A program made the position numbers and the translations under genes. A stretch of DNA of 36,044 nucleotides. Source: Capsulimonadales bacterium. Lineage in GTDB: Bacteria > Armatimonadota > Armatimonadia > Armatimonadales > Armatimonadaceae. The DNA is taken from NCBI GenBank assembly GCA_033762295.1, contig JANRLW010000049.1, positions 1 through 36,044 of the forward strand, read 5' to 3'. Below, one piece after another: positions 18,774 to 28,160 of the stretch (its first letter is position 1; every line of letters starts with the position of its first letter). The notes beneath the pieces are model-generated. The model searched no databases. It saw nothing but the letters and a program-made list of their open reading frames with translations, and was not told where the DNA came from.

Positions 18774-20069
18774 TCAGTGACGTGTCAGTTCGGCGAAGGT
18801 TTCACGGGCGGCGTCGGCGACCGTTTCGAGATGGTCTTCGGTTAACGCGGCGTTGAGGAACGCGGCTTCGAACTGGGAGGGGGGGAGGTAGACACCCCGT
18901 TCGAGCATACCCCGGAAGAAGCGTCCGTATCGGGCGGTGTCGGCGGTCCGCGCGGAGGTGTAATCGGTGACGGGCGTCTCCGTGAAGAAGACGGTCAGCA
19001 TCGAGCCTACCTGATTGACGACGACCGGAATCGACGCCTGTCGGGCGGCCTCACGGAACCGTTCGGCGAGCCGGACACCGCTGTCCTCCAGAACGGCGTA
19101 GGGCGGGTTGTCGCGCAGTTTACGGAGCATGGCGCGTCCGGCCGCGACGGCGAGCGGGTTTCCGGACAGGGTTCCGGCCTGATACACCGGGCCGACCGGC
19201 GCGATCATGTCCATGATGTCGGCTCTCCCCCCGTAGGCGGCGAGCGGCAAACCGCCGCCGACGATCTTCCCCAGTGCGGTCAGGTCGGGGGTGATGCCGA
19301 ACCGTTCCTGCGCGCCGCCGTAGGCGAGCCGGAAACCGGTCATCACTTCGTCGAAAAGCAACAGGGCGCCGTGGCGGGCGGTGATTTCCCGGAGTCCGCT
19401 GAGAAAGCCGGGCGCGGGCGGCACGCATCCCATATTCCCGACGACCGGTTCCAGAGCGACCGCCGCGATATCCGGACCTTCGGCGGCGAAGACGGTTGCG
19501 ACCGCATCGAGATCGTTGTAAGGAAGGGTCAGGGTGGAGGCCGTCACGGAAGCGGGGACGCCGGCGCTGTCCGGAAGTCCGAGGGTTGCGATCCCGGAAC
19601 CGGCTTTTGCGAGCAGCGCGTCCGAGTGACCGTGGTAGCACCCCTCAAATTTGATGATCCGGGTTCGACCGGTGAATCCGCGGGCGGCGCGAAGGAACGA
19701 CATCGCCGCTTCGGTGCCGGAGGAGACGAGCCGTACCTTTTCGATCGACGGGACGGCCTGTCGGATCTCTTCGGCGAAAAGGACCTCGCCTTCGGTGCTG
19801 GCACCGAAGGTCAAGCCGTTTTCCATGGCGGAACGGACGGCGTCGAGGATATCCGGATCGGCGTGACCGAAGATCAGGGGTCCCCAGCTACCGACGAGGT
19901 CGAGGAACCGGTTGCCGTCGGCGTCAACCAGGAAGGGGCCTTCGCCACGGGCGATAAAGAGGGGGTCTCCGCCGACGGATTTGAAGGCGCGGACGGGAGA
20001 GTTGACTCCGCCCGGAATCACCTCGACGGCGCGGGCGAACAGTTCGGCGGAACGTTGACGGGGAATCAT
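18774..20069 (-). CDS. hemL: Glutamate-1-semialdehyde 2,1-aminomutase
   Basis: [43 protein letters not shown] and QAGTLSGNP. Confidence 0.96.
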   Translation of the reverse strand: MIPRQRSAELFARAVEVIPGGVNSPVRAFKSVGGDPLFIARGEGPFLVDADGNRFLDLVGSWGPLIFGHADPDILDAVRSAMENGLTFGASTEGEVLFAEEIRQAVPSIEKVRLVSSGTEAAMSFLRAARGFTGRTRIIKFEGCYHGHSDALLAKAGSGIATLGLPDSAGVPASVTASTLTLPYNDLDAVATVFAAEGPDIAAVALEPVVGNMGCVPPAPGFLSGLREITARHGALLLFDEVMTGFRLAYGGAQERFGITPDLTALGKIVGGGLPLAAYGGRADIMDMIAPVGPVYQAGTLSGNPLAVAAGRAMLRKLRDNPPYAVLEDSGVRLAERFREAARQASIPVVVNQVGSMLTVFFTETPVTDYTSARTADTARYGRFFRGMLERGVYLPPSQFEAAFLNAALTEDHLETVADAARETFAELTRH

Positions 20070-20099
20070 GGCTTTATTGTACCCGGACGGACGGAAGGA

Positions 20100-21731
20100 C
20101 TACTTGCGTCCGTCCGCCGTGCCGTCGACGTTGGCGCTGCGCCGGGCCTCGGGTTTTTCCGACGGGTGATTGAGGACATAGACACTGGTTCGTTTGGCGG
20201 CGAGGACGCTGCCGGTCGCGTCCATGGCCTGCGCCTCGAGCTGGTACTCGCCGTCGGGAACGCGCGTCGTATCCCAGGAGAGGTTGAACGGCGCGACGTT
20301 GGTCATGCCCCGTGGCATTCCGTTGACACTGAGGCGGACGAAGGCGACCTTGCTTCGATCTGTCGGCGCGGCATTGACGGTGATGACGCCTTTCACGAGC
20401 GGAATCTCACCGGCTCTGGCAGCCATCAGTCGCCGTGCCGAGTGCGCCTGCGCGGCGCGTTCGGCGCAAAGGCGAATCCGTTCGGGCCGGGGGGGCGTCA
20501 GGTTGAGGCGGATTGCCGTGACGCCGAAGCGGGCCTTGCGCGTATGGCCCTGCTCCGACCAGAGTCTTTCCAGTCCCGCGGCTTTGAACGCGCCGAGCCG
20601 CGCCCCGATGACGGTCGGCATCGGTTCCCAGGGGCCGCCATCGATCGAAACTTCGGCGAACGCGTTCTCGGCGTCGTCCGGCCGGATGAACCCGGAGAAC
20701 AGCGGTGCCTTGCCCTCCAGTTCCTTTTTCCGTGTGCCGGGGGTCCCGACGGTCATGATGACATCGGCACCGAACTCATCGGTTCGCCGGTTGTGCCAGA
20801 CGGGAGAGATCTGAAAGCCGCCCCGCTGTTCGCGCCCCGTTCCCTCCCGTCGGGTCGGATCGATCGGCGCGGTTCCGATCGTCAGGACGCCGGTATGACT
20901 GGTGTTCACCTGCCCGACGCCGGTATAGGCGGTGCCGTCGAATCGTCCCGTACCGAGGACCGGTTTGATCACATGGGTGATTTTTCGGGTGGTACCGTCG
21001 GCGAACGTGGCGTTGACCTCCCCGCCCGCTTTATTTTCGAACACGACGGAGGTTACGGGGTTTTTCGGCGCGAGTACGGGGATGACGAAGGCCTCGCCCT
21101 CGCCCCGCGGCAGAAAATCCTCAGGTATGGCGTAGAGCCGACGGGTGGGGCTTTCAAGGTAGATCGGATTGCCGACGAAGGGCGAAAGATCCCGGAAGAG
21201 GGCGGTTCCGGCCGGAATATCGGTGAAGATACCGGCGGTTCCGGCGACATACCCGCCGAACCCTTTATTGGGCGTCTTGCCCTCCCGTGCGTTCTGTGTG
21301 CCGAACTCCTGCGGTTCGATCCCGATCACGAGCGGTGCGCGGACATAGCGATCGCGTCCGCCGATGCAGATGCGCAGACCATGAACGGCGACGGCGGCAA
21401 CCGTCGCGGGCGGGGCATACTGCGCGGCGATATATCCTTCGACCGCCGTTCGCGCCGGACGACGCACCCGGCCGATCAGCTGCCAGGTTTCGCCCCGGTC
21501 AAGGGAGATCTGGATCGCCCCGTCGCGCTGGTTGACGATGCGAATTCGGTGCGACTCGACGCGATCCGGAGGAACGGGCAGGAATTTTCCGGGATTTTCC
21601 GGAACGGGAAGCAGGGGAGCGTTCGGGTCGACGTTGGAGGTTTGCGCCATCGCCGCAGAGACGACGCCCAAACAGAGAGCGGTAAGAGCGGCCAGGGTCG
21701 CAGGTTGACCGGGGAGCATTACAGGCATCAT
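20100..21731 (-). CDS. Secreted hypothetical protein with C-terminal Ig-like (Big) domain
   Basis: Signal peptide ending VSAAMA-Q. C-terminal NVAPFNLSWDTTRVPDGEYQLEAQAMD is a typical bacterial Ig-like motif. Start uncertain (21731, 21728 or 21719). Confidence 0.75.
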   Translation of the reverse strand: MMPVMLPGQPATLAALTALCLGVVSAAMAQTSNVDPNAPLLPVPENPGKFLPVPPDRVESHRIRIVNQRDGAIQISLDRGETWQLIGRVRRPARTAVEGYIAAQYAPPATVAAVAVHGLRICIGGRDRYVRAPLVIGIEPQEFGTQNAREGKTPNKGFGGYVAGTAGIFTDIPAGTALFRDLSPFVGNPIYLESPTRRLYAIPEDFLPRGEGEAFVIPVLAPKNPVTSVVFENKAGGEVNATFADGTTRKITHVIKPVLGTGRFDGTAYTGVGQVNTSHTGVLTIGTAPIDPTRREGTGREQRGGFQISPVWHNRRTDEFGADVIMTVGTPGTRKKELEGKAPLFSGFIRPDDAENAFAEVSIDGGPWEPMPTVIGARLGAFKAAGLERLWSEQGHTRKARFGVTAIRLNLTPPRPERIRLCAERAAQAHSARRLMAARAGEIPLVKGVITVNAAPTDRSKVAFVRLSVNGMPRGMTNVAPFNLSWDTTRVPDGEYQLEAQAMDATGSVLAAKRTSVYVLNHPSEKPEARRSANVDGTADGRK

Positions 21732-21789
21732 GGTACACCGTAAGGTCGAGCAGGTCAAGAAATCCAAGGCGTTGCATCGTTTTTTGCAC

Positions 21790-22512
21790 ATGGGCGGATG
21801 GTCTCTTTCCGTGCTGGCGGATATCGTGTTCCCGCCGCGTTGCCTGATCTGCGATCGTTACGAAGCCGACACGCTCTGCGAGGTATGCCGTTCAGGTTTC
21901 GTTCCGGTGGCGCGTCCGTTCTGCGAGCGGTGCGGTCACCCGAACGGGGCCGTCTGCCCGTGCGGTTCGACGTTTCCGAGGTTCGGGTGGCACTGCGACG
22001 CGGCACGCGCCGTTTTTCGCTATGACGGACCGATCGCGACCGCGATACGTCGGTTCAAATATTCACGGGTCGAAATGCTGGGCGAACCGCTGGGCCGATT
22101 GCTGGCCGAGAGCCTCGAGAAGGATTCCCTGTTCACCGCCGAACAGCGTGAGCGTTTCGACCTGATCGTGCCGATTCCGCTTCATACGGGGCGATTGCGG
22201 GAACGGGGGTTCAATCAGGCGGAACGGTTGGCCGGGCCGGTTGCGGACCGATTGAGGCGACCGCTTCTCAACAGGGCATTGGTTCGCGTTCGGGCGACCG
22301 GACACCAGGCGCGTCTGTCGGGACCGGAGCGTCAGGCAAACATGGATCACGATGTCTTTCGAACCGAACGGCCTGTCTCCGTCGTCGGGAAGGGTATTCT
22401 GCTGATAGACGATGTTCTGACGACCGGCGCGACGATCAATGCGGCGGCCCGCGCCTTGAAGGAGGCCGGTGCGAGCGGAGTCTATGCCCTGACGCTGGCG
22501 ATCGGCGTCTGA
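21790..22512 (+). CDS. comF: ComF family protein (double zinc ribbon plus PRTase domain)
   Basis: FPPRCLIC..CEVC..CERCG, VPIPLH, RGFNQA and LIDDVLTTGAT. Confidence 0.9.
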   Translation: MGGWSLSVLADIVFPPRCLICDRYEADTLCEVCRSGFVPVARPFCERCGHPNGAVCPCGSTFPRFGWHCDAARAVFRYDGPIATAIRRFKYSRVEMLGEPLGRLLAESLEKDSLFTAEQRERFDLIVPIPLHTGRLRERGFNQAERLAGPVADRLRRPLLNRALVRVRATGHQARLSGPERQANMDHDVFRTERPVSVVGKGILLIDDVLTTGATINAAARALKEAGASGVYALTLAIGV

Positions 22513-22524
22513 GGAGGAAAGAAA

Positions 22525-23115
22525 TTGAAACTTCGAAAGCGAGCGTCTCGCTGGGCGTGTCCGGCGGCACTGATGACCCTGGTAACTCTGTCGGCAGGTT
22601 GCAGTCGTGGCGGTGCGCCGACGCTACGCCTTTCGGATGTGGTCCCCCTGACCGCCGAGACGCTGGAGACGCTTCTGGTCGGCGAACCGGACGTTCCGGC
22701 GACGCGCATCGCGCCGACCGATATGCCGCTGCTCCGAAAGGATGTGTACGAAAGCGTGGTCATCGTCGCCGATGAATCCGGCTTCTCCCGTCTTTCGCGA
22801 GGCGCATTGCGGCCGGAGGATATCGCGGATTTGCGCAAACGGGTGGTGCGCCAGGTGGGAAAGCGCCTGGAAACCCTTGGCTTTACGGCGTCGGAAGCCG
22901 TTTTCCCGGCGACGGTGACGGCGGAGAAAACCCTTCTGGCGACGATTACGCCGGAGATCCAGGTCGGCCGCCCCGAAGCGAACGGGAAGGGAAGGCCGAA
23001 GGAACTGGTGCTGGTGCGGGTGACAATCACGGACCCGCGCACCGGGGAGATTCTCGCCCGTCGGGATTACTATTCCGGCGCGGACGCACGGGTTCCGGAT
23101 GAACGACGAAAGTAA
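22525..23115 (+). CDS. Hypothetical lipoprotein
   Basis: TTG start after GAGGAGG, basic N-terminus, hydrophobic core and lipobox LSAGC. Begins 12 nt after comF. Confidence 0.7.
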   Translation: MKLRKRASRWACPAALMTLVTLSAGCSRGGAPTLRLSDVVPLTAETLETLLVGEPDVPATRIAPTDMPLLRKDVYESVVIVADESGFSRLSRGALRPEDIADLRKRVVRQVGKRLETLGFTASEAVFPATVTAEKTLLATITPEIQVGRPEANGKGRPKELVLVRVTITDPRTGEILARRDYYSGADARVPDERRK

Positions 23116-23145
23116 ACGGATGTTTACCTGGAAACATCCGTTTAC
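23112..23145. terminator. Perfect 14-bp hairpin between convergent genes
   Basis: gtaaacggatgttt-acctgg-aaacatccgtttac. Confidence 0.7.
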
Positions 23146-23155
23146 AGGCGAAAAC

Positions 23156-24121
23156 TTATAACGAGAAGGCTTTATCGACGGCGGCCCGCAATTTCTCCAG
23201 GCCGGTACGCGCGACTGTGAGCGGGTCCTCGCGATAGTAGTCCTTGTTGAACAGTTCGAGCGAGAGGAAGCGGTCGTACCCGATGTCGCTGAGACAGCGG
23301 AACAGCGGAGTCAGCGGGGCAATGCCATCTCCGGGATAGACGCGGTCCGCATCGGTAATATCGGCCGGGGGAATGTTGGGGTAGTCGTTGATGTGGAAAA
23401 GCCCGATGGCTTCCGCGCTCAGGTGCCGGAGGGCGAGAAGCGACGAGCCGCCTTTGTAGATATGGTAGATATCGGCGAGCAGGCAGGCGGACGGGTGATC
23501 GGATTCGGCGGCGATCAGCAGTCCTTCCCCCATGCGCCGAATATTTTTGGAGAACCCCCAGACTTCGACCATCGGCACGACCCCGGTCCGGTCGCCGATA
23601 TCGAGGAGCGCCCGGTATCGATCGGCGGCGGCCAGAAGATCGATCGCCGGCGCATCGGCGGTGTGCGCACCGAACGCGGGAGCGGCGATCCGTTTGCCTC
23701 CGAGCCGTGCCAGCAGTTCCATGGCGTGACGCGCCTTGCGAAGACCTTCGGCGCGGAGGGCCTCGTCGTCGACAACCCACTCGAAGAAGCCGATCCCTCC
23801 CTCGACGCTCAGGCCCAGATCCCGAATCCGGTCGCCCAGTTCGCTGAGGTCGCCTCCTTCGGCCGAGTATTTCTCAAGTTCGTCGATCCAGGGTTCGATG
23901 CCTTCGAAACCGGCGGCGGCCGTGATGTCGACCAGTTCACCCAGCGGAAGCCCGTGTCCCCGTAAGGTGGAAGTGTTGAGGCAGTACCGGAACGCCTCCG
24001 GTTCCCCGGTGCCAAGGAGTTCCGGGAGGGGCGCGAGTCCCTCTTCCGGGACTTCACGTTCGACGGTGGGAACGGTTTCGATTAAGACGCCGGTTCCGGG
24101 CGAAAGGTGACGACGCAACAT
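23156..24121 (-). CDS. Sugar phosphate isomerase/epimerase (xylose isomerase-like TIM barrel)
   Basis: LNTSTL, GFEGIEPW, VEVWGFS, DIYHIY, HINDYP, RVYPGDG and SLELFN. ATG 24121 follows GGAGGA. Confidence 0.88.
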   Translation of the reverse strand: MLRRHLSPGTGVLIETVPTVEREVPEEGLAPLPELLGTGEPEAFRYCLNTSTLRGHGLPLGELVDITAAAGFEGIEPWIDELEKYSAEGGDLSELGDRIRDLGLSVEGGIGFFEWVVDDEALRAEGLRKARHAMELLARLGGKRIAAPAFGAHTADAPAIDLLAAADRYRALLDIGDRTGVVPMVEVWGFSKNIRRMGEGLLIAAESDHPSACLLADIYHIYKGGSSLLALRHLSAEAIGLFHINDYPNIPPADITDADRVYPGDGIAPLTPLFRCLSDIGYDRFLSLELFNKDYYREDPLTVARTGLEKLRAAVDKAFSL

Positions 24122-24212
24122 GCAGGGTTCCTCCGACAACGGCCGAGAGCGACCAAACGATGTATTGTACCCGGTCGCATGCGGGATCGCGCCGTTCGTG
24201 TCGGCACGAGGG

Positions 24213-24392
24213 TTACGGTTTGCGTGACGCACCTATATTCCTCAGGGAGTTGTTGCCCTGGAACGAGAGAAAGGCCAGGCCACCGAGGAGCACCGCTACG
24301 CCGACCAGCAGCCAGAACCTCCGGCGTTCACGGAGGGTGCGTGCGGACACCCTCCGTTTTGACCGTTTCTGTGATTCGTTCCGTTTGGCCAT
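24213..24392 (-). CDS. 59-aa single-pass membrane protein (not in the ORF track)
   Basis: MAKRNESQKRSKRRVSARTLRERRRFWLLVGVAVLLGGLAFLSFQGNNSLRNIGASRKP*: a very basic N-terminus then one 19-aa hydrophobic helix. It fills the gap between two same-strand genes. Confidence 0.65.
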   Translation of the reverse strand: MAKRNESQKRSKRRVSARTLRERRRFWLLVGVAVLLGGLAFLSFQGNNSLRNIGASRKP

Positions 24393-24449
24393 ACGCTAAT
24401 CCGGGGCTATGATAGCCGAAAAGCATGGAAAGGGGAAGACCTGTCGGAA

Positions 24450-27400
24450 TCAGCGTTCGAGCGTCAGGGCAAAGATTTTGATTCGCTTCTCCTTGGGGAA
24501 TTCGATCCGGTCGAGTTCTCGTGCGGAGTCCAGAGGAATGGTCCGATGGCGCAGGATCGCCGGCTGGGCGACATCCCCTTGCGGAGTCCGGCGATAGGAG
24601 GTTCGTTCGGCGATGCCGTCCGCGACGCCTGCCGGCTGCGCCCAGTCGCCGACGGACAGTTCGACCGTTTGTGCGGGACCCTTTTTGTAGCGCAGAGTAA
24701 CGGTGCAGGGAACCTCCTGGCCACCGGTCGCGGTCAGCGCCAGATGCAGGCCGACGTAACGTCCTGCGGCGGAAACGGTCTGGCCGTCGCAGGCAACGGC
24801 GTTCCGTACGCCATCGCGGTCGGAGCCATAACGAAACGCGACGGAGCGGGCCGACGGTGACGCATCCGAAAAGTGTCCGGAGGGATAAACCGCGGACTCC
24901 CGGTAGTTTTTGCCTTCATCGAAATAGGCGGCGATTCCGAAGGCATCAGGGGGGAACGCCTCGGCGGGGAAGGTCGCGCCCTCCCCGTTCAGGTCGCCAT
25001 CTTTGGGGTTGGCGTCTCCGGCGACCGCATCGACATTGAAAAATCGCTGCAGATCGACGAATTCGAGCCGTCCGCCTTCGGTTCGGACGGGCAGGAGCGC
25101 GAGGTCACCGCTCCGGGTGACCAATCGGGTGGAGAGGTAGACATCGGGAACCCGCAGCAGGTCCGCGCCCAGAACGAACTCGCCGGCCCGATCCGGGGCA
25201 CGGACGGTCAGCGGCACGGTGACGGTTTCGCCGGGTTTGATTTCCCGGGGCAGGGGGGTGGTGACCAGGGGACGCCATTGCATCTCCAACCCGTCGGGGT
25301 AGTACCAGTGATACCCGAGCCGATAGCCGTCCCGGGGCCATTTCATCGTTCCCCGGTTGGTGACGGAAACGTTGACGGTGACGGTCGCGCCCGCGTTCAG
25401 TTTCAGCGGTCGGGCCTCCCCGAACGACAGCCGGACCTCCTCTTCGACCGGATAGACCGAAACCTGCTCGACGTATTGCCCGGGAACCGCGTCGGGCGAG
25501 TCCCGACGGGTGAGGAGCCAGCGCAGACGGTAACCGCCGGACGGATCGCCGGGTGCCTTTCGAAACTCCGGGGCGGCGCCGGGTATGGGCGCGGCGGTAT
25601 CTCCGACCCGGATCAGAACCGGCACCGTTTCCCATGCGCCGGGCGCCAGGGGGCGAACCAGCGGCGCGGTTCCGGTGAACAGGGTCTCCTTCCCATCTTC
25701 GGACAGAAACTGATAGACAAGTTGTGCGGAATCGGCGGGCAAGGGCTGTTCCCCGAGCCACCGCAGACGGATGCGGCTGCCATAGACCCCACCGGACATC
25801 ATCATGGTCGGCGTGGTGGCGGAAACAATCTCCACGGCGTCTCCGAGCGGGACCACGGTCACCGGGAGCCGCAGCGACGAGGTGGACTCGGCGGCGGACT
25901 CGGAGAACAGGACGGTTTTGCCGTCCCGTGTTTCGGAGAGGTCGATTTCCAGCTGGTATTCGCCCGGTTCGAGCGGTGTCGGCACGCCGCCGGACGGCGT
26001 GCCGTCGGGCTTGCGGTCCGGCGGAATGCGAGCGGCGATCACGCCGATCGGCAACCGGGCGGACTGCGTCGGAAGGAGAGTGCCGGACAGTTTGAGACGC
26101 AACGGACCTTCCGCCACGACATTCGGACCGGAACGCCACCGGTAGACCAACCCGATGTCGTCCGTATGGCGGATCGGCTGCGCTCCGGCGTTCATAAGGT
26201 TCACGTTGACGGTGACCAGTTGTCCGGGCCGCATGCGCCGTGGCGCATCGTCCGAAAGCCAGCGGAGCGCACGCGGCGGCAGACCGGATGCCTGGATGAG
26301 GGCGATTCTGGTGGCATCCTCATAGAGACGGCCATACTGGCGCGAGACGTCCACCGTGGTGCCGCGAAGGTAATCGTTCCATGAATCGAGGATGATCCAG
26401 GTCGGTCGGGCGTTGGTAGCGGCTTCCCAGCTTTCCCGATAGGTCGCTCCGGCCCGGCGCGGAAGGAAGCGAAATCGAGGATCGGCCTTGCCGTCGGCGG
26501 TGACTTCGGGATTGGCGACTCCGGGCTGAACGACGAACGTTTTGATCGGACCGTCTCCCGCGCCGCCGGATCGGAGCGGGGCCGTCGCAGCCAACGCGGG
26601 ACTTGTGGCGAACCCTTCTCCGCCGACGAACAGCAGGGTGACGCCGCCGGTGGCCGGTCCGAAATCGGCGGCGAACCGCTGGCGCATCTCATCCGCCCAT
26701 TCGGGCCCTCCGGAGTTGACAACCCCTTCCGCGGCGTCGAGAAAGAACGGGTACGCGGGCAGGATGCGCCCGTTCTCGCCGGTCGGGAGCAGCACCCGGA
26801 AACGGAACTCCGGCGGAATCAGCAGAAACCAGCGGCGAATCGCCCGGTACAGGGTATTTCTGCCTTCGGCGGTTCCCAGGTCCGTCTTCGGCGCGTTCTG
26901 CAAACCCAGTCCGCGCACGTCCAGGCACGGGGCGACGAACGGGGTCGGCACGTTTTCCGTGGCCATTTCGCGCAGGGCGGTGGTGAGGACGACCAGGGAT
27001 TTCTCGTCGAGCGGTCCGAGTTCGCTATCGGGTCCGGCGAAGGAGACGAGGGCGGCATCGATGCCGGTTTTCTTCAGTTCGCTCAACTGGCTGCGATGCC
27101 AGGAGACACGGTCGACGGAGAACCAGGGACCGATACCGATCGCGGGTTGCTCCCCGAGGAAGAACAACCCGTCCGCCCCGAAAATACCCCGGTACGGGTT
27201 AGCGGCTTTGCGTCCGTCGCCCTGGAAGGCCAGAAGGTATCGTGCCAGCGTACTCCGTTCCATCCCGCGAACCGTGCCGGAAAGTCCCGGTGTCGGGGCG
27301 ACATCGTCCCGGTCGGCTCCGGGAAGCGCGGTCGGTTTGACGACGACGATCGGTTTGGGAATATCCGGCGAAAGGAACCCGAAATCGCCGCCGCCGGGCC

Positions 27401-28103
27401 ATTCGTTCTCGCGGAAAACGCCGTCGATCAGGGGCGGTTTGTCCTTGACGCGCGGCGCGACCAGTGCGCCGGCTTTCCGCGATTCGGCATCGCCGTTCTC
27501 GCCGGCCAGCACGAGGCGCGTCCAGGTTTTCGGGGAGAGGACGTCGGTATCGGTCTTTGCCGCGCCGCTCAGTCCGGTGATCTTGGCGTCCTCCGTACGG
27601 GCCACGGTATTGACGGCGAATTCGACGCCCGGGGTCAGCGTTTTGAGGTCAATACCCAGGGCATCGAGCGGAATCGCCATGGTCACGGTGTAACCACGAT
27701 CGCGGTCATCGCTCCGGTTGATCGTTCCCTCGAGTTTGACGCCGTACTTGATGGAGAACAGCGGACGGGGGGAGAAGTTCTTGCCGTCGCCCCGGACAAA
27801 TTGGAAACCGCCGGCGGCGGAGACGATCATTCCGTAACTGTTCTCACCGGGTTGCTCCGGGCGATCCTTTCCGGTGTGGAGATAGACCGCGATCGAGTCG
27901 TCCTTCGCGGTATCGGACATCGGTTTGGTCGAGGTGCCTTTCAGGTCGGTGTCATCCACCCGGAAAGAGAAATAGAGATAGCGCGCATCCCAGGCGGCAT
28001 GAGCGACCACCCGGGAGGGATCGGTCGTCTGAGCGTGGGCCGGTTGGGAAAGAAACACCGGGAGAAGGATCGGAAGGACGGAGGCAAGGGTCAATTTACG
28101 CAT
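24450..28103 (-). CDS. Large secreted multidomain carbohydrate-active-like protein (CBM9-like, GH99/DUF5010-like barrel, Ig-like repeats)
   Basis: Signal peptide ending PAHA-Q; AAWDARYLYF...DD; GPWFS..WH...GIDAAL; WIILDSWND; Ig-like repeats (VNLMNAG..LVYRW, VTNRGTMKW..LGYHW). Confidence 0.72.
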   Translation of the reverse strand: MRKLTLASVLPILLPVFLSQPAHAQTTDPSRVVAHAAWDARYLYFSFRVDDTDLKGTSTKPMSDTAKDDSIAVYLHTGKDRPEQPGENSYGMIVSAAGGFQFVRGDGKNFSPRPLFSIKYGVKLEGTINRSDDRDRGYTVTMAIPLDALGIDLKTLTPGVEFAVNTVARTEDAKITGLSGAAKTDTDVLSPKTWTRLVLAGENGDAESRKAGALVAPRVKDKPPLIDGVFRENEWPGGGDFGFLSPDIPKPIVVVKPTALPGADRDDVAPTPGLSGTVRGMERSTLARYLLAFQGDGRKAANPYRGIFGADGLFFLGEQPAIGIGPWFSVDRVSWHRSQLSELKKTGIDAALVSFAGPDSELGPLDEKSLVVLTTALREMATENVPTPFVAPCLDVRGLGLQNAPKTDLGTAEGRNTLYRAIRRWFLLIPPEFRFRVLLPTGENGRILPAYPFFLDAAEGVVNSGGPEWADEMRQRFAADFGPATGGVTLLFVGGEGFATSPALAATAPLRSGGAGDGPIKTFVVQPGVANPEVTADGKADPRFRFLPRRAGATYRESWEAATNARPTWIILDSWNDYLRGTTVDVSRQYGRLYEDATRIALIQASGLPPRALRWLSDDAPRRMRPGQLVTVNVNLMNAGAQPIRHTDDIGLVYRWRSGPNVVAEGPLRLKLSGTLLPTQSARLPIGVIAARIPPDRKPDGTPSGGVPTPLEPGEYQLEIDLSETRDGKTVLFSESAAESTSSLRLPVTVVPLGDAVEIVSATTPTMMMSGGVYGSRIRLRWLGEQPLPADSAQLVYQFLSEDGKETLFTGTAPLVRPLAPGAWETVPVLIRVGDTAAPIPGAAPEFRKAPGDPSGGYRLRWLLTRRDSPDAVPGQYVEQVSVYPVEEEVRLSFGEARPLKLNAGATVTVNVSVTNRGTMKWPRDGYRLGYHWYYPDGLEMQWRPLVTTPLPREIKPGETVTVPLTVRAPDRAGEFVLGADLLRVPDVYLSTRLVTRSGDLALLPVRTEGGRLEFVDLQRFFNVDAVAGDANPKDGDLNGEGATFPAEAFPPDAFGIAAYFDEGKNYRESAVYPSGHFSDASPSARSVAFRYGSDRDGVRNAVACDGQTVSAAGRYVGLHLALTATGGQEVPCTVTLRYKKGPAQTVELSVGDWAQPAGVADGIAERTSYRRTPQGDVAQPAILRHRTIPLDSARELDRIEFPKEKRIKIFALTLER

Positions 28104-28160
28104 TCGGTCGGACTACTCCGAAGCATTGTGACGACAGGCGAGGGCCGAAGTTCCGCTTAG

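Noticed and set aside
19371..21743. 790-aa plus-strand ORF
   Set aside because: Lies antisense to hemL and the secreted protein, has no motifs, and is expected in high-GC DNA.
24230..24360. Possible 6S or other ncRNA in the intergenic gap
   Set aside because: No long-range pairing or recognisable motif; better explained by the 59-aa membrane ORF.
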